Part shown: in pieces, positions 25,078 through 32,000 of the stretch | Numbering within the stretch: position 1 is the stretch's first letter | Layout: each line of letters begins with the position of its first letter | Source of the DNA: Mycolicibacterium smegmatis | GTDB taxonomy: Bacteria; Actinomycetota; Actinomycetes; Mycobacteriales; Mycobacteriaceae | Reading direction: 5' to 3' | Length of the DNA stretch: 32,000 nt | Assembly (NCBI RefSeq): GCF_001457595.1 | Contig: NZ_LN831039.1 | Coordinates: 5,340,001 to 5,372,000 of the forward strand | Position numbers and translations under genes: made by a program | Notes under the pieces: generated by a model | What the model saw: only the letters and a program-made list of their open reading frames with translations | Database searches by the model: none | Told to the model about the DNA's origin: nothing

Positions 25078-25572
25078 ATGACCGATACCCAGGTCACCTG
25101 GCTCACCCAGGAGGCGTTCGACCGGTTGAAGGCGGAGCTGGACCAGCTGATCGCCAACCGGCCGGTGATCGCCGCCGAGATCAACGACCGCCGCGAAGAG
25201 GGCGACCTGCGCGAGAACGGCGGCTATCACGCCGCGCGCGAGGAGCAGGGCCAGCAGGAGGCCCGCATCCGCCAGCTGCAGGAGCTGCTCAACAACGCCA
25301 AGGTCGGCGAGGCCCCCAAGCAGTCCGGTGTGGCGCTGCCCGGCTCGGTGGTCAAGGTGTACTACGACGACGACGAGAACGACACCGAGACGTTCCTGAT
25401 CGCCACCCGCCAGGAGGGCATCAGCGACGGCAAGCTCGAGGTCTACTCCCCCAACTCGCCGCTGGGCGGCGCACTGCTCGACGCCAAGGTCGGCGAATCG
25501 CGCACCTACACCGTGCCCAGCGGCAACGTGGTGAAGGTGACGCTCGTCAGCGCTGAGCCGTATCAAGGCTGA
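25078..25572 (+). CDS. greA: Transcription elongation factor GreA
   Basis: 164 aa: [51 protein letters not shown]; AGGAG SD at about 25064. Confidence 0.97.
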   Translation: MTDTQVTWLTQEAFDRLKAELDQLIANRPVIAAEINDRREEGDLRENGGYHAAREEQGQQEARIRQLQELLNNAKVGEAPKQSGVALPGSVVKVYYDDDENDTETFLIATRQEGISDGKLEVYSPNSPLGGALLDAKVGESRTYTVPSGNVVKVTLVSAEPYQG

Positions 25573-25609
25573 CGCGGCGCCGCCGGGGCGACGCACTACA
25601 GTCGGGGGG

Positions 25610-26290
25610 ATGGCGCGGATCGCCGAAGATCTCTTCTTGCTGCTGCTCGACAACGCGTCTGCACAGCCTGGACTCGATCGACGCAGGCGTGAACGTGTGC
25701 TCGGTGCCGCGGTGTTGTTGGACCTGGCCTACATGTGCCGTGTCCGGCCTGCCCTGGCCGGTGAACCGGTCCCGGCGGGCCGACTCATCGCGCTGGCCGG
25801 GCAGTTTCCGCCCGACCCCGTCGCCGATCCGGCGTTCGAGGTGTTGCGCAGAAAGCCGCTCACCCCGCAGGCCGCGTTGGCCAAGCTCGGCGGGCCGACC
25901 CAGACCCACCTTGAGTCACACCTGCAGGCGATGGGTCAGATTCAGCGAGTCCGCATGCCCGGCAAGGGATTTCCGGGACGCGGCCGCTACTGCTGGCCCC
26001 TGACCAACCGTGACCGGGTGAGCGGCGCGCGTGCGGCGTTGCTCGCCGCGTTGTTCGACGGGCACAACCCCACGCCGCCGGTCGCCGCGATCATCTGCCT
26101 GTTGCACTCGGTCGACGGTTTGGGCGCAGTGCTGAGCCTCAACGAGCGCGGGTGGCGCTGGGTGCATGCCCGCGCCACCGAGATCGCCACGGGCAGTTGG
26201 GTCGACGAGAACGCCACGGCACTGCCCGAGATGAACCTGGCGGTCACGACCTCGGCGGTACGCCCGGCGTTGATCGCCCTGCTGGACTGA
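25610..26290 (+). CDS. GOLPH3/VPS74-like (GPP34) family protein
   Basis: 226 aa: IAEDLFLLLLDNASAQPGLDRRRRERVLGAAVLLDLAYMCRV; overall GPP34 pattern. Confidence 0.75.
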   Translation: MARIAEDLFLLLLDNASAQPGLDRRRRERVLGAAVLLDLAYMCRVRPALAGEPVPAGRLIALAGQFPPDPVADPAFEVLRRKPLTPQAALAKLGGPTQTHLESHLQAMGQIQRVRMPGKGFPGRGRYCWPLTNRDRVSGARAALLAALFDGHNPTPPVAAIICLLHSVDGLGAVLSLNERGWRWVHARATEIATGSWVDENATALPEMNLAVTTSAVRPALIALLD

Positions 26291-26298
26291 GAAAGAAC

Positions 26299-27453
26299 TC
26301 AGCCCAGGGCCTGCTCCAGGTCGGCCAGCAGGTCCGCTGAGTGCTCGATGCCGACCGACAGCCGCACCAGGTCGTCGGGCACCTCGAGCTGCGAGCCCGC
26401 GGTCGACGCGTGGGTCATCGCGCCCGGGTACTCGATCAGCGACTCGACCCCGCCCAGCGACTCGGCGAGGATGAAGATCTCTGTGCGCGAGCACAAGTCA
26501 CGCGCGGCCTGTGGGCCACCACGCAACCGCACCGACACCATACCGCCGAAGCCGGTCATCTGCCGTGCCGCGACGTCGTGGTTGGGGTGGCTGGGCAGAC
26601 CGGGGTACAGCACGGTCTGGACCGCGGGATGCCCGTCGAGGAATTCCGCGATCAGCGCGGCGTTCTCGCTGTGCTGACGCATCCGCAGCACCAGGGTCTT
26701 CAGTCCGCGCATGGTCAGGTACGCGTCGAACGGTCCGGGCACACCGCCCGCGCCGTTCTGCAGGAACGCGAACGCGGCGTCGAGTTCCTCGTCGTTGGTC
26801 AGCAGCGCACCGCCGACGACGTCGGAGTGACCGCCGATGTACTTGGTGGTCGAGTGCAGCACGATGTCGGCGCCCAACAGCAGCGGCTGCTGCAGAGCCG
26901 GTGAGGCAAACGTGTTGTCCACCAACACCTTCACACCCGACGACGACGCGATCTGCACTATGCCCGCGATGTCGGCGACGTTCAGCAGCGGGTTGGTCGG
27001 GGTCTCGACCCAGATCAGGCGGGTCTTGGGCGTGATCGCCGAGCGCACCGAGTCGAGGTCGCTCAGCGCGGCCGGGGTGTGGCTGATGCCCCAGTGCGTG
27101 AAGACCTTGTCGATGAGCCGGAACGTGCCGCCGTAGGCGTCGTCGGGGATCACGACGTGATCGCCCGGACGCAGCACCGCACGCAGCGCGCAGTCGGTGG
27201 CGGCCATGCCCGAGCTGAACGCCCGGCCGAAGCGCGCCTCCTCGACCGCGGCCAGCGCGGCCTCGAGGGACTGCCGCGTCGGGTTGCCGGTGCGGGCGTA
27301 CTCGAACCCGCCGCGGAGCCCACCGACCCCGTCCTGGGCGAACGTCGAGCTGGCGTAGATCGGCGTGTTGACGGCACCGGTCGCCGGGTCAGGCTGGTAA
27401 CCGGCATGGATGGCTTTCGTGGCCAGACCGTGCCACTTGCGGTGTTCACTCAT
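26299..27453 (-). CDS. metB: Cystathionine gamma-synthase (PLP, Cys/Met metabolism)
   Basis: 384 aa: ATKAIHAGYQPDPATGAVNTPIYASSTFAQ, VLHSTTKYIGGHSDVVGGAL. Confidence 0.95.
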   Translation of the reverse strand: MSEHRKWHGLATKAIHAGYQPDPATGAVNTPIYASSTFAQDGVGGLRGGFEYARTGNPTRQSLEAALAAVEEARFGRAFSSGMAATDCALRAVLRPGDHVVIPDDAYGGTFRLIDKVFTHWGISHTPAALSDLDSVRSAITPKTRLIWVETPTNPLLNVADIAGIVQIASSSGVKVLVDNTFASPALQQPLLLGADIVLHSTTKYIGGHSDVVGGALLTNDEELDAAFAFLQNGAGGVPGPFDAYLTMRGLKTLVLRMRQHSENAALIAEFLDGHPAVQTVLYPGLPSHPNHDVAARQMTGFGGMVSVRLRGGPQAARDLCSRTEIFILAESLGGVESLIEYPGAMTHASTAGSQLEVPDDLVRLSVGIEHSADLLADLEQALG

Positions 27454-27492
27454 AACGTGTCGAGCCTATCGGGACGGGTGTAGACATGGACC

Positions 27493-28683
27493 ATGGCTCC
27501 ATCCAACGCGGCGGCCGGGACGACGGCGGTCGCCGACCTGCTCGACACAGATTCGATGCTCAACCCCGAGGAACTGGAGCTGCGCAGCACCGTACGCCGG
27601 TTCGGCGAGCAACGCCTGCGGCCATTTGTCGCAGAGTGGTTCGAATCCGGTTCGGTGCCGGTGCGCGAACTGGCCACCGAGTTCGGCAAGCTGGGCCTGC
27701 TCGGCATGCACCTGGAGGGTTACGGCTGCGGCGGCTCATCGGCCACGGCGTACGGCGTCGCCTGCCAGGAACTCGAGGCCGTGGACAGCGGCCTGCGCAG
27801 CATGGTGTCGGTGCAGGGATCGCTGGCCATGTTCGCCATCCACGCGCACGGCAGCGAGGAGCAGCGCGAGCAGTGGCTGCCGCGAATGGCCACGGGCGAG
27901 GTGATCGGCTGCTTCGGGCTCACCGAACCGGACTTCGGCTCCAACCCGTCGGGTATGCGCACGACCGCGCGGCGCGACGGCTCCGACTGGATCCTCAACG
28001 GTTCGAAGATGTGGATCACCAACGGCTCAGTGGCCGACGTCGCGATCGTGTGGGCGCGTTCCGAGGACGGCATCCTGGGGTTCGTGGTGCCGACGGACAC
28101 CCCGGGCTTCGTCGGCCGCGAGATGAAGCACAAGCTGTCGCTGCGGGCGTCGAACACCTCCGAGTTGCATCTCGACGATGTGCGTCTGCCCGCCGAGGCA
28201 CAGTTGCCGAACGCCAGAGGGCTGTCGGGCCCGTTGGCGTGCCTCTCCGAGGCGCGTTTCGGCATCGTGTTCGGTTCGGTCGGCGCGGCGCGCGACTGCC
28301 TGGAGGCAACGCTGGACTACGTCGGCACCCGTGAGGTGTTCGACAAGACACTCGCGTCCTACCAGATCACGCAGACCAAGATCGCCGACATGGCAGTCGA
28401 ACTCAGCAAGGCGCAGCTACTGGCGCTGCACCTGGGCAGGCTCAAGGACGCGGGCAGGATCTCCCCCGAGCAGGTCAGCGTCGGCAAGCTCAACAATGTC
28501 CGCGAGGCTCTCGAGATCGCCAGGCAGTGCCGAACCCTGTTGGGCGCCAACGGGATCACGCTGGAGTACCCGGTGCTGCGGCACGCCAACAACCTGGAGT
28601 CGGTGCTGACCTACGAGGGCACCTCCGAGGTGCACCAGATGGTCATCGCCCAGGCGCTGACCGGTGTCAGCGCATTTCGTTGA
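27493..28683 (+). CDS. Acyl-CoA dehydrogenase, glutaryl-CoA dehydrogenase-like
   Basis: 396 aa: IGCFGLTEPDFGSNPSGMRTTARRDGSDWILNGSKMWITNGSVADVAIVWAR; C-terminal YEGTSEVHQMVIAQALTG. Confidence 0.9.
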   Translation: MAPSNAAAGTTAVADLLDTDSMLNPEELELRSTVRRFGEQRLRPFVAEWFESGSVPVRELATEFGKLGLLGMHLEGYGCGGSSATAYGVACQELEAVDSGLRSMVSVQGSLAMFAIHAHGSEEQREQWLPRMATGEVIGCFGLTEPDFGSNPSGMRTTARRDGSDWILNGSKMWITNGSVADVAIVWARSEDGILGFVVPTDTPGFVGREMKHKLSLRASNTSELHLDDVRLPAEAQLPNARGLSGPLACLSEARFGIVFGSVGAARDCLEATLDYVGTREVFDKTLASYQITQTKIADMAVELSKAQLLALHLGRLKDAGRISPEQVSVGKLNNVREALEIARQCRTLLGANGITLEYPVLRHANNLESVLTYEGTSEVHQMVIAQALTGVSAFR

Positions 28684-29404
28684 ACCCCGGCGGATTTTGC
28701 GGCGGGTACGGCGGATACGGCTGCTGGTACTGCGGCGCGTAGGCCTGCTGGAACTGCTGCTGCGGCGGATAGGACAACTGCGGCGGCTGCCGGTCGACCG
28801 GCACGCACACCGTCGTCATGATCTTGTCGGCCAGGGTCTGCCGCTTGGCGTCCCACAGCGGGAACAGGTAACCGACGTAGCAGATCAGACCGTCGACGAT
28901 GTGGGCCACCTGGCGCACCAGTGACATCAGGAAGCCGATGGGCTGCCCGGTCTGCTCGCTGACCACCTTGAACTTCATGACGCTCTTGCCGATGCTCTGC
29001 CCCGTGGTGCCCTGACGGTAGCCCATGTTCCACACGCCGTACGCGATCGGCGCGAGCGACAGCACGAAGATCAGGACGGCGGCGACAATGCCCACACCGG
29101 TGGTGATCTCACCGTCGGAGGACCCCTGGGACGCGCCGGCCAGAATCCCGAAGACGACGAGATAACCGATCACGGTGACAACCGCGATGGGCAACTGATC
29201 GATGACGAACGCGATCACCCGGTCGAACCAGGGCGTGTACGCCTGCGGGTTCGGCACGGTCGGCGGCCCGTACGGGCCGGGCACCGGGGTCTGATACGGG
29301 TTCGGTTGCCACGGTGGCGGATAACCACCCTGCGGGCCCGGATGACCACCCGGGTGCGGGCCATACGGAGCCGGTCCCGGCCCCTGCGGCGGCAGCTGAG
29401 TCAT
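28667..29404 (-). CDS. pra: Proline-rich antigen-like RDD-domain membrane protein
   Basis: 245 aa: proline/glycine-rich N-terminus, then AYTPWFDRVIAFVIDQLPIAVV...NMGYRQGTTGQSIGKSVMKFKVVSEQTGQPIGFLMSLVRQVAHIVDG...LFPLWDAKRQTLADKIMTTVCVPV, closely resembling Rv1078 (Pra) from memory. Confidence 0.88.
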   Translation of the reverse strand: MTQLPPQGPGPAPYGPHPGGHPGPQGGYPPPWQPNPYQTPVPGPYGPPTVPNPQAYTPWFDRVIAFVIDQLPIAVVTVIGYLVVFGILAGASQGSSDGEITTGVGIVAAVLIFVLSLAPIAYGVWNMGYRQGTTGQSIGKSVMKFKVVSEQTGQPIGFLMSLVRQVAHIVDGLICYVGYLFPLWDAKRQTLADKIMTTVCVPVDRQPPQLSYPPQQQFQQAYAPQYQQPYPPYPPQNPPGFNEMR

Positions 29405-29426
29405 GCGTCGATGATCCCACGCGAAA

Positions 29427-29466
29427 CGGCGCCCACGCCGCGTGACTTTTTGCAGCGTGGGCGCCG
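29427..29466. terminator. Perfect 12-bp-arm hairpin downstream of the 29492-30625 gene
   Basis: CGGCGCCCACGC (29427-29438) / GCGTGGGCGCCG (29455-29466), 16-nt loop containing TTTTT (AAAAA on the minus strand). Confidence 0.6.
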
Positions 29467-29491
29467 TGACGAGACGCCGGAACCTAACGGC

Positions 29492-30625
29492 TCACTGGGT
29501 GGGCGGTGCGATCGGTGCGCCGGTGAGGCGACGGAACGCGTACACCTCGATCAGGGCCACCAGCGGGTAGGCCACGAGAAGTCCGATGCCACAGGCGATC
29601 GCGCCCGCGAGCAGCAGCAGGAAGATCACCACGGCGGTGATGAAGACCGTGCCGAAGTTGGCCTTGCTGAGCTCGAAGCTGGTCTTCACCGCGTCCACGC
29701 CGGACAGGTTGCGGTCGAGGACCGCGACCGTGGTGAACAGGAAGAGCACCGCGATGATCGCCGAGGCGATCAGCAGCACCGGAACCCCGACGAACAGGTA
29801 GCCCGGTACGAAGAACCCCGGGAACAGCAGGATCGCCGCCACCACGAAGTTGATCACGCCGACGATCACCGTCGCGATGATGACGTCACCGACGTTGCGC
29901 GGCTTGAAGAACGACCCGATGGTCACCGGTTGCCCGTTGGCGATCTCCAAAACGCCGCTGATGTAAGCGGCTTGGATGACGGCGGTGACGATGAGCGTGA
30001 TGATGGCGCCGATGATCGAGACGACGCCGCCGCCGGTCGCCATCGACAGTTCGAAGCCGTCGGCCGAGCTGGTCGAGGTGAACGCTCCGGAGATGCCGTT
30101 GACGATGCCCTGCAGGATGGCGTAGACCAGCCCGAACACCAGTGCGGGAACGATCATCTCGACGGCGTGCTTGGAGAACTTGTTCCAGGCCCACGAGAAC
30201 GCGTCGCCGACGCTGTAGGCGCCACCGAAGCCCGGCGCACCCACCGGGGCGTAACCCCCGGGCTGACCGAAGCCGCCTGCGGGCGGGTATCCCGCGCCTG
30301 GTCCGCCCGGGTAACCCGGCGGCGGGTAGCCCGCCGCTCCCGGCGGAGGCGGCGGCGGATAGCTTCCGCCCTGCGGCGGCGGAGGCGGTGGGTAACCGCC
30401 GGGGGGCGGCGGCGGGAAGCCACCCTGCGGAGGAGGCGGGTAGCCTCCCGGCGGCGGGGGTGGCGGGTAACCGCCCTGCGGTGGCGGGCCGAAACCGCCC
30501 GGTTGCGCAGGGGGATAGCCGCCGTCCGGCGGCGGGGGCGGCGGGTAGCCGCCGTCGGGCGGCGGGGGCGGCGGGTAGCCGCCGTCGGGCGGCGGCGGGT
30601 TGTTGCCCGGAGGCTGATCAGTCAC
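29492..30625 (-). CDS. Proline/glycine-rich multi-pass membrane protein
   Basis: GTG 30625 start with GGAGAG SD, VTDQPPGNNPPPPDGGYPPPPPPDGGYPPPPPPDGGYPPAQPGGFG..., then a large hydrophobic membrane domain. Confidence 0.88.
   Translation of the reverse strand: MTDQPPGNNPPPPDGGYPPPPPPDGGYPPPPPPDGGYPPAQPGGFGPPPQGGYPPPPPPGGYPPPPQGGFPPPPPGGYPPPPPPQGGSYPPPPPPGAAGYPPPGYPGGPGAGYPPAGGFGQPGGYAPVGAPGFGGAYSVGDAFSWAWNKFSKHAVEMIVPALVFGLVYAILQGIVNGISGAFTSTSSADGFELSMATGGGVVSIIGAIITLIVTAVIQAAYISGVLEIANGQPVTIGSFFKPRNVGDVIIATVIVGVINFVVAAILLFPGFFVPGYLFVGVPVLLIASAIIAVLFLFTTVAVLDRNLSGVDAVKTSFELSKANFGTVFITAVVIFLLLLAGAIACGIGLLVAYPLVALIEVYAFRRLTGAPIAPPTQ
30273..30600. repeat. Low-complexity coding repeats encoding GGYPPPPPP-type units
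   Basis: Recurring plus-strand gggtagccgccgtcgggcggcgggggcggc and variants. The two units encoding DGGYPPPPPP near 30540-30600 are nearly identical. Confidence 0.75.
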
Positions 30626-30881
30626 GTTGCAAGCTCTCCTCACCTCGGATAGCGACCGCGGCACGGCCGCGACTTTCTACCAGCACCTGGATGCGGCGCG
30701 AACGAACAACTCCACAGGCAGATTACGCATCGCACGCGCCGTCGTTAGCTGCTTCGACATGGCCGCAACCTGCGTCGGCAAGACCACGGGCGGTCGTGTA
30801 TGGCCGGTCATGGCGCCTTCCCGTCGGGTTTGCTGACCCTGAGCGAGCCCACCTTACCTGGGAAGCCGCTGACAGCAGCGC

Positions 30882-30904
30882 ATTCCACGCGGCGTGCGCG
30901 GAAT
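30882..30904. terminator. Candidate cbs terminator hairpin
   Basis: ATTCCACGC / GCGCGGAAT: 9-bp arms, one mismatch, 5-nt loop, just downstream of the cbs stop on the minus strand. No U-tract. Confidence 0.4.
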
Positions 30905-30932
30905 CTGCGGACGCGGCGCGGATGGGGGCAAC

Positions 30933-32000
30933 CTAGTGCCGGTAACCGCCCTCGGACAGGAACCCCAGCAGGTCGTGCCTGGTCAGCACACCGACGGGCT
31001 TGCCGTCCTCGACCACCATCACGGCGTCGGATTCACGAAGGGTCTTGGCGGCCGTGCTGACCAGTTCACCGGCGCCGATCAGCGGCAGCGGCGGGCTCAT
31101 GTGCTCGGCGACCGCGTCGGCCAGCTTGGCGCGGCCCTCGAACACCGCCGAGAGCAGTTCGCGCTCGGAGACGCTGCCTGCCACCTCGCCTGCCATCACG
31201 GGCGGCTCCGCGCCGACGACGGGCATCTGGGAGACGCCGTACTCGCGCAGGATCCCGATCGCGTCGCGCACGGTTTCCGACGGATGCGTGTGCACCAGGT
31301 CGGGCAGTGCACCCGACTTGCCGCGCAACACGTCACCGACGGTCTTCTCGACGCTGCCGTCGAGGCGGGTGCGCAGGAAACCGTAGGACGACATCCACGC
31401 GTCGTTGAAAATCTTTGACAGATAACCACGTCCACCGTCGGGCAGCAGCACCACGACCACGGCGTCGGGCCCGGCCTTGCGGGCCACCTCGATGGCGGCG
31501 ACGACGGCCATGCCGCACGATCCGCCGACCAGCAGGGCCTCTTCACGTGCGAGTCGCCGGGTCATCTCGAACGAGTCGGCGTCGGACACCGCGATGATCT
31601 CGTCGGGGACCGAAGGATCGTAGGCCGTGGGCCAGAAGTCCTCGCCGACACCTTCGACGAGGTAGGGCCGGCCCGTGCCGCCCGAGTACACCGAGCCCTC
31701 GGGATCGGCGCCGATGACCTTGACCTTGCCGCCCGAGACCTCCTTGAGGTAGCGGCCGGTGCCGGTGATGGTCCCGCCGGTGCCCACACCCGCGACGAAG
31801 TGTGTGATCTTGCCTTCGGTGTCGGCCCAGATCTCGGGGCCGGTGGTCTCATAGTGGCTCTCCGGGCCCATCTGGTTGGAGTACTGGTCGGGCTTCCAGG
31901 CGCCCTCGATCTCGGTGACCAGGCGGTTGGAGACGCTGTAGTAGCTGTCCGGATGGTCCGGCGGAACCGCCGTCGGGCACACCACGACCTCGGCGCCGTA
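30933..32000 (-). CDS. cbs: Cystathionine beta-synthase with C-terminal CBS domains, 5' end truncated by window edge
   Basis: Frame stays open to base 32000 (YGAEVVVCPTAVPPDHPDSYYSV...). PLP-enzyme motifs GVGTGGTITGTGRYLKE and GGSCGMAVVAAIEVA; CBS domains ILREYGVSQMPVVG and AVMVVEDGKPVGVLTRHDLL. Confidence 0.95.
   Translation of the reverse strand, partial: YGAEVVVCPTAVPPDHPDSYYSVSNRLVTEIEGAWKPDQYSNQMGPESHYETTGPEIWADTEGKITHFVAGVGTGGTITGTGRYLKEVSGGKVKVIGADPEGSVYSGGTGRPYLVEGVGEDFWPTAYDPSVPDEIIAVSDADSFEMTRRLAREEALLVGGSCGMAVVAAIEVARKAGPDAVVVVLLPDGGRGYLSKIFNDAWMSSYGFLRTRLDGSVEKTVGDVLRGKSGALPDLVHTHPSETVRDAIGILREYGVSQMPVVGAEPPVMAGEVAGSVSERELLSAVFEGRAKLADAVAEHMSPPLPLIGAGELVSTAAKTLRESDAVMVVEDGKPVGVLTRHDLLGFLSEGGYRH

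Noticed and set aside
30273-30600. Possible CRISPR-like array from regularly recurring units
   Set aside because: Units are in-frame coding repeats for Gly-Tyr-Pro tracts with no unique spacers and no cas genes.
29306-30652. 448-aa plus-strand ORF antisense to the Pro-rich membrane gene
   Set aside because: Arg-rich reverse reading of the GGYPPPPP repeats with no domain evidence.

Overview
The window is a conserved, GC-rich mycobacterial chromosomal segment. I recognise it as very similar to Mycolicibacterium smegmatis from protein sequences; no search was run. It has no rRNA, tRNA, CRISPR array, phage or transposon signature. The backbone order is glpX (5'-truncated), fum, phoH2, desA2, glyA, coaA, short-chain Z-prenyl synthase, hemolysin III-like, DUF255/thioredoxin-fold protein, mca, DUF4307 protein, greA, metB, pra-like RDD protein, cbs (truncated at the window edge). 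From memory this follows the M. tuberculosis Rv1099c-Rv1077 order. A dormancy (DosR/DevR) cluster sits between fum and phoH2: Acg-like nitroreductase, tandem universal stress protein, devR, pyridoxamine-oxidase-like protein, WS/DGAT triacylglycerol synthase, devS-type GAF/GAF kinase. DosR-box-like palindromes lie in front of the nitroreductase and in front of the pyridoxamine-oxidase/WS-DGAT pair, the latter as a tandem pair. Other items worth a second look are an untracked 48-aa ORF overlapping phoH2 (phoAT-like antitoxin candidate), a long-form SHMT with an insertion, a 12-bp tandem repeat in which one unit supplies the stop codon of the DUF885 gene, helically phased TTGGCAG-type repeats and a triplicated Shine-Dalgarno-like decamer upstream of a small membrane-protein pair, a long imperfect palindrome between convergent genes, and a structured leader/uORF upstream of greA. 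I found no convincing wholly new multi-gene system.
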